This document shows positions 60,850 through 64,000 of a stretch of 64,000 nucleotides of DNA, piece by piece. The notes under the pieces are model-generated. The model was not told the DNA's origin. It saw nothing but the letters and a program-made list of their open reading frames with translations, and ran no database searches. This stretch comes from Felis catus (Eukaryota): contig NC_058368.1 of the NCBI RefSeq assembly GCF_018350175.1, forward strand, positions 137,766,001 through 137,830,000, read 5' to 3'. A program made the translations under genes and the position numbers. Within the stretch, counting starts at the first letter, position 1; the number at the start of each line of letters is the position of its first letter.

Positions 60850-63350
60850 CCATTTGCACACATGCCAGGGGCTGATTACCAGCCTCTCCGCCAGGGCTGC
60901 GGACTCGATTTCAGAGCAATTTCTCCCATTACTCAGCCCCAGGACAGCCGGCCGCGTCTCCAGGCACACTCCCGGGCGTGCGGAGGCCACTCCGCAGCCA
61001 CCTCGCGACTCTGGGCTCCTCGCCCCCCACCCCCGACGGGCACCGGCAGGCGCCCAAGGCGGCTCAAAAACGAGACCACCAGCCACCAGCACCGCGTCCC
61101 GCCGGCGATTCACGCGCCCTGATCTCTTTCCGCGCCCCCCAGTCTTGGGAAGGAGACCTCGCCCTCCTGGGAGCACCAAATCGTCTCCCTGCCGCCCGCG
61201 AAACGGCCAGATGGCCGCTGAGCCTTCTGCGCCTCCATCCATCCTCGATCTGCGAAACACGCCGTCAGAGACCTCCCACCCAGGCTCCCGCCACTTCCCT
61301 GCGGTTTCGCGGTCTGTCACTTGGGAAACAGGGCCCGCAGCTCGGGAAGGTGGTGCAGACAAAAGAGACGCAAATTCGTCTTCCGGGCAGGAGGAGTGGC
61401 TGCTGGGGGTCACCCGCTGTCAGACTAGCCCACCCCGCGGAAGCCAGAAGGCGGCAGGGCTTCCCCCCAGTGCGACACGACTGCTCCCGCGACCCGCGCG
61501 TCTGCGTCTGTGGCCATCACCAGAAACCAATTGGTTTTCAAACAGTTAAGATAAACCTAGGATCTTAATTTCCTTTATGGGACCGACCACGCGGCTGTGT
61601 AAATGTCTCCTGACAGACGTAATGGAGGGTTATTAGCAGTACAAAGCCTGTCGGACCCGTAGCATTAGTTCAAGGGGATACTTCGGTGTTGCACCAAAAT
61701 TGCTGTGCATGTAAACCAATTTCCCCGACAGAAGGGTAAACACAGACTCGTTTGAACCGCGAGATGAAAACAGATGGGATATCGCAAACAGTTCCCCCAA
61801 ATACAACAGACTTCTGGGCCAATTACACGTGGTTAGCTCTGAATGACAGAGGAAATAGTTTTCTTTGCTGCTGAATGTCACAAAAGTCACCTAAAGGCAC
61901 AGAAGGAGGCCGGTTTGTTTTTGCGAAACTTGCTAAAATTAATCTGTGCTGGAGTCACTTGTGAAACGCAGAACCACCCCCCTCCCCCTCCCGGCCGCCT
62001 TCGTGAAGGCCAGACCCCCGGGTTGGGATCCCGGGGCTAGGACTTCGAAGCGTGCCTCCGCCACTCGGGAAAACTGGGAAAGGGAAGGAAAATCGAGCAG
62101 GCGCTTGCCAACCCAGAGGGCCTAAGGAGTGCGCTGGAGGAGGGGGGGGGGGGGAGTCCTAGCCCCCTCCCCGCGGTCCATCTCGCCGCCCCCTCTCTCC
62201 ACCCCCGGGTGTGCACGCCTCCCTCTGCACTCCCGCCTGGCGAACCAAGAAAACAGGACTATAAGTGTGCTATCGATCCTGGCCGACCGGGTCAGGGCTG
62301 CGCCACGTGCTACTTAGCACGGAGCGCGGCCGAGGGCGCAAGGGACGGGCCGCCAGCCGAAACCCTCCCGAAACATCCCGAGCGACCACCAGAGCAGGCC
62401 ACCGGGCTGGGGGGCAGAGGCCTGGCTCCAGCGGGTTGGGGGTGGGAGGGCGGCGCGTCGCAGCCGGGCCTTTCCACCGCCCACCTCCGCCCCCACCCCC
62501 GTCCCCGCCCCCGCGAGCCCCGAGCTCCGGGCCGGCGCGGGGCGCGGAGACCGAGGGAAGGCGGCGCGCAGGGCCGGGCCTGCACCCCAGTGACGGAATC
62601 TCGAAGACGGAAGGCCGCGGAGACCCGCTGCCCGGCCGGCCTGCGACGCCTGCGGGCTAATGCCGGGGCGGGGTGCGCCTACTCCCGAGGCCCGGTCTGG
62701 CGCGGCCAAGGGCCCGGGTCACCGCGCTGCCGGGCTCCGGAAGCCGCGCTGGCGGGGCCGCAGGGCGGGAGGCCGGGTCCTGGGGCCGCCCGGCCGGAGG
62801 AAGCGGCTCGGGTCGCGCCGCCCCGCGCCCGGGAGCCGCGTGCAGGGTTCAGCCGTGTTTCGGTTGCCCTCTGACCTGACCCTGGGCGCACAAAGGCCTC
62901 CTGGGTGCGCAGCCATGGCCCAGCCTTCCAGTCGCTGCCAAATTAATGAGCCCACGTCAGGTTGGGTTTACAGCTCGGCCGGGACGCAGCCGAGTGGAAA
63001 ATGAGCCCGGGGCCTCTCGGGAGGTACCCGCACTAGTGCAGAGGCGGTCTGGCGTCCTTGAGGCCGGGGAAGCCGCGGCCCGCACGGTGCCGCCTTCAGC
63101 TCTCTACTCAGCTGCTTTCGCGGTCTCCTGAGGAAACGGGCCCGCCCCTGGGGAAACCTGCCGGCGTCTGCCCCGCTTTATTAAAACAACACAGAGCCCA
63201 CATTTAACATCCCAGCAGCCCAGGCTAGGCATTCTGGACACACGTCGTTGGCTTGTGGCTTGGCGACCCTTTGGTGTCTTTGCGGCGCCCTTGGCTGCCG
63301 GGCTTTGGGAACCGAGTCTGCCTTCCCGGGAATGCGTTCCTCCTGGAGGT
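60850..63350. promoter_or_regulatory. Bipartite CpG island (about 60850-61530 and 61970-63350)
   Basis: Abrupt rise in GC and CpG density (many CGCG, CCGG, GCGC sites, GC boxes) compared with the CpG-poor remainder; no interspersed repeats; no credible ORF. Judged by eye. Confidence 0.92.
61540..61960. promoter_or_regulatory. Candidate conserved enhancer block inside the CpG island
   Basis: AT-richer unique block with TTTATGG (61574), TGACAG (61611, 61844), GTAAACA (61736), CAGATG (61771), CACGTG (61826) and TTAATCT (61939). Conservation inferred, not measured. Confidence 0.55.
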
Positions 63351-64000
63351 CCCGGGTGCCTCTCATGAGTATAGGTATATGCCCCAAGAGAGCGGGGAAT
63401 GCTTACCCTCTTCCAGAAGCAAGGCTCTTAGGGGAAGCATTTTCAATGGCTGTTGGATGCGGGTCTTGAAAGCCAAAGATAAGTCGAAAAGGGATTTGGT
63501 GTTTGAGCACGAGTCCATCTGCGAGTTCATCCTGAAGTCTAGGAGACTGGCTGTGCTGAGGGCTCTGTGTTCTTATTGTTCTTTAAACGCGGTGGGGGGA
63601 ATTCAGTTCAAGAAAAATGACTAAACCTGAAGCTGATAAGGCTTAAGTCATTGATGTACCGTATTCCTTCCAGATTTTTCAAATATGCTAAACGAAAGCA
63701 CTTTTATTTAAAAACACTCAAAAGGTCAGAAGAGTGATGCTCTTCAGAAGCCCTCTTTCCCTGCAGCTCTGTCTGCTGTTGAGAACCAGGAAGGTTAGGA
63801 ACTGGAAAGAACTGGTGTGGCTTGTTGCTGAATCATGCCACTCCTGCAGCTTCCCCATCCTTGTTTCAGAGAGCATGCCTTTCAGAAGCGGGGGGGGGGG
63901 GGGGAGGGCTGGTACAGACCCCTTTTCTTCATACACCCCTCCCCACCTTAACCATAAGTTCCTTGTCTAGATTTCACGCACAGCCCCCTGCACCCATCCT

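Noticed and set aside
60847..62874. Long ORFs of 188, 196, 221 and 231 aa in the CpG island
   Set aside because: Overlapping in several frames, Pro/Arg/Gly/Ala-rich, several with non-ATG starts, no recognisable domain; expected from stop-codon scarcity in GC-rich DNA.
1..64000. CRISPR arrays, prokaryotic operons, defence systems or endogenous viral coding sequence
   Set aside because: The sequence is mammalian. No regularly spaced repeat-spacer array, no gene-dense region and no gag/pol/env-like ORFs were seen.
60850..64000. Assigning the island to a named gene
   Set aside because: The architecture fits the flanks of several developmental transcription-factor loci, but no coding sequence is present to confirm any. 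A BLAT search is needed, so no symbol is given.

Overview
Repeat-rich, apparently non-coding mammalian DNA from a cat-family (Felidae) genome, judged from about 25 carnivore CAN-SINEs (several of the young felid SINEC_Fc type) and felid/carnivore L1 3' ends. I found no credible protein-coding exon, RNA gene or processed pseudogene. The notable ORFs trace to SINE, L1, L2, microsatellite or GC-rich sequence, and the rest look like chance frames. Much of the window is transposon debris, often nested, with readable target-site duplications (TSDs): SINEC, L1, L2, MIR, MaLR LTRs (MLT1), an ERVL-type LTR and MER5A. The main non-repeat signals are a bipartite CpG island at about 60.85-63.35 kb enclosing an AT-richer, motif-dense block, and several repeat-poor, motif-rich blocks that look like distal enhancers. 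Together these suggest the regulatory flank of a developmental gene outside the window, which I cannot identify with confidence. I do not see a new biological system. The most unusual items are a solo poly(A) retro-insertion with a perfect TSD inside a candidate enhancer block, and a tiny L1 stub whose tail has become (GAA)16(GAG)15. Repeat subfamily names come from visual recognition, not a database search.
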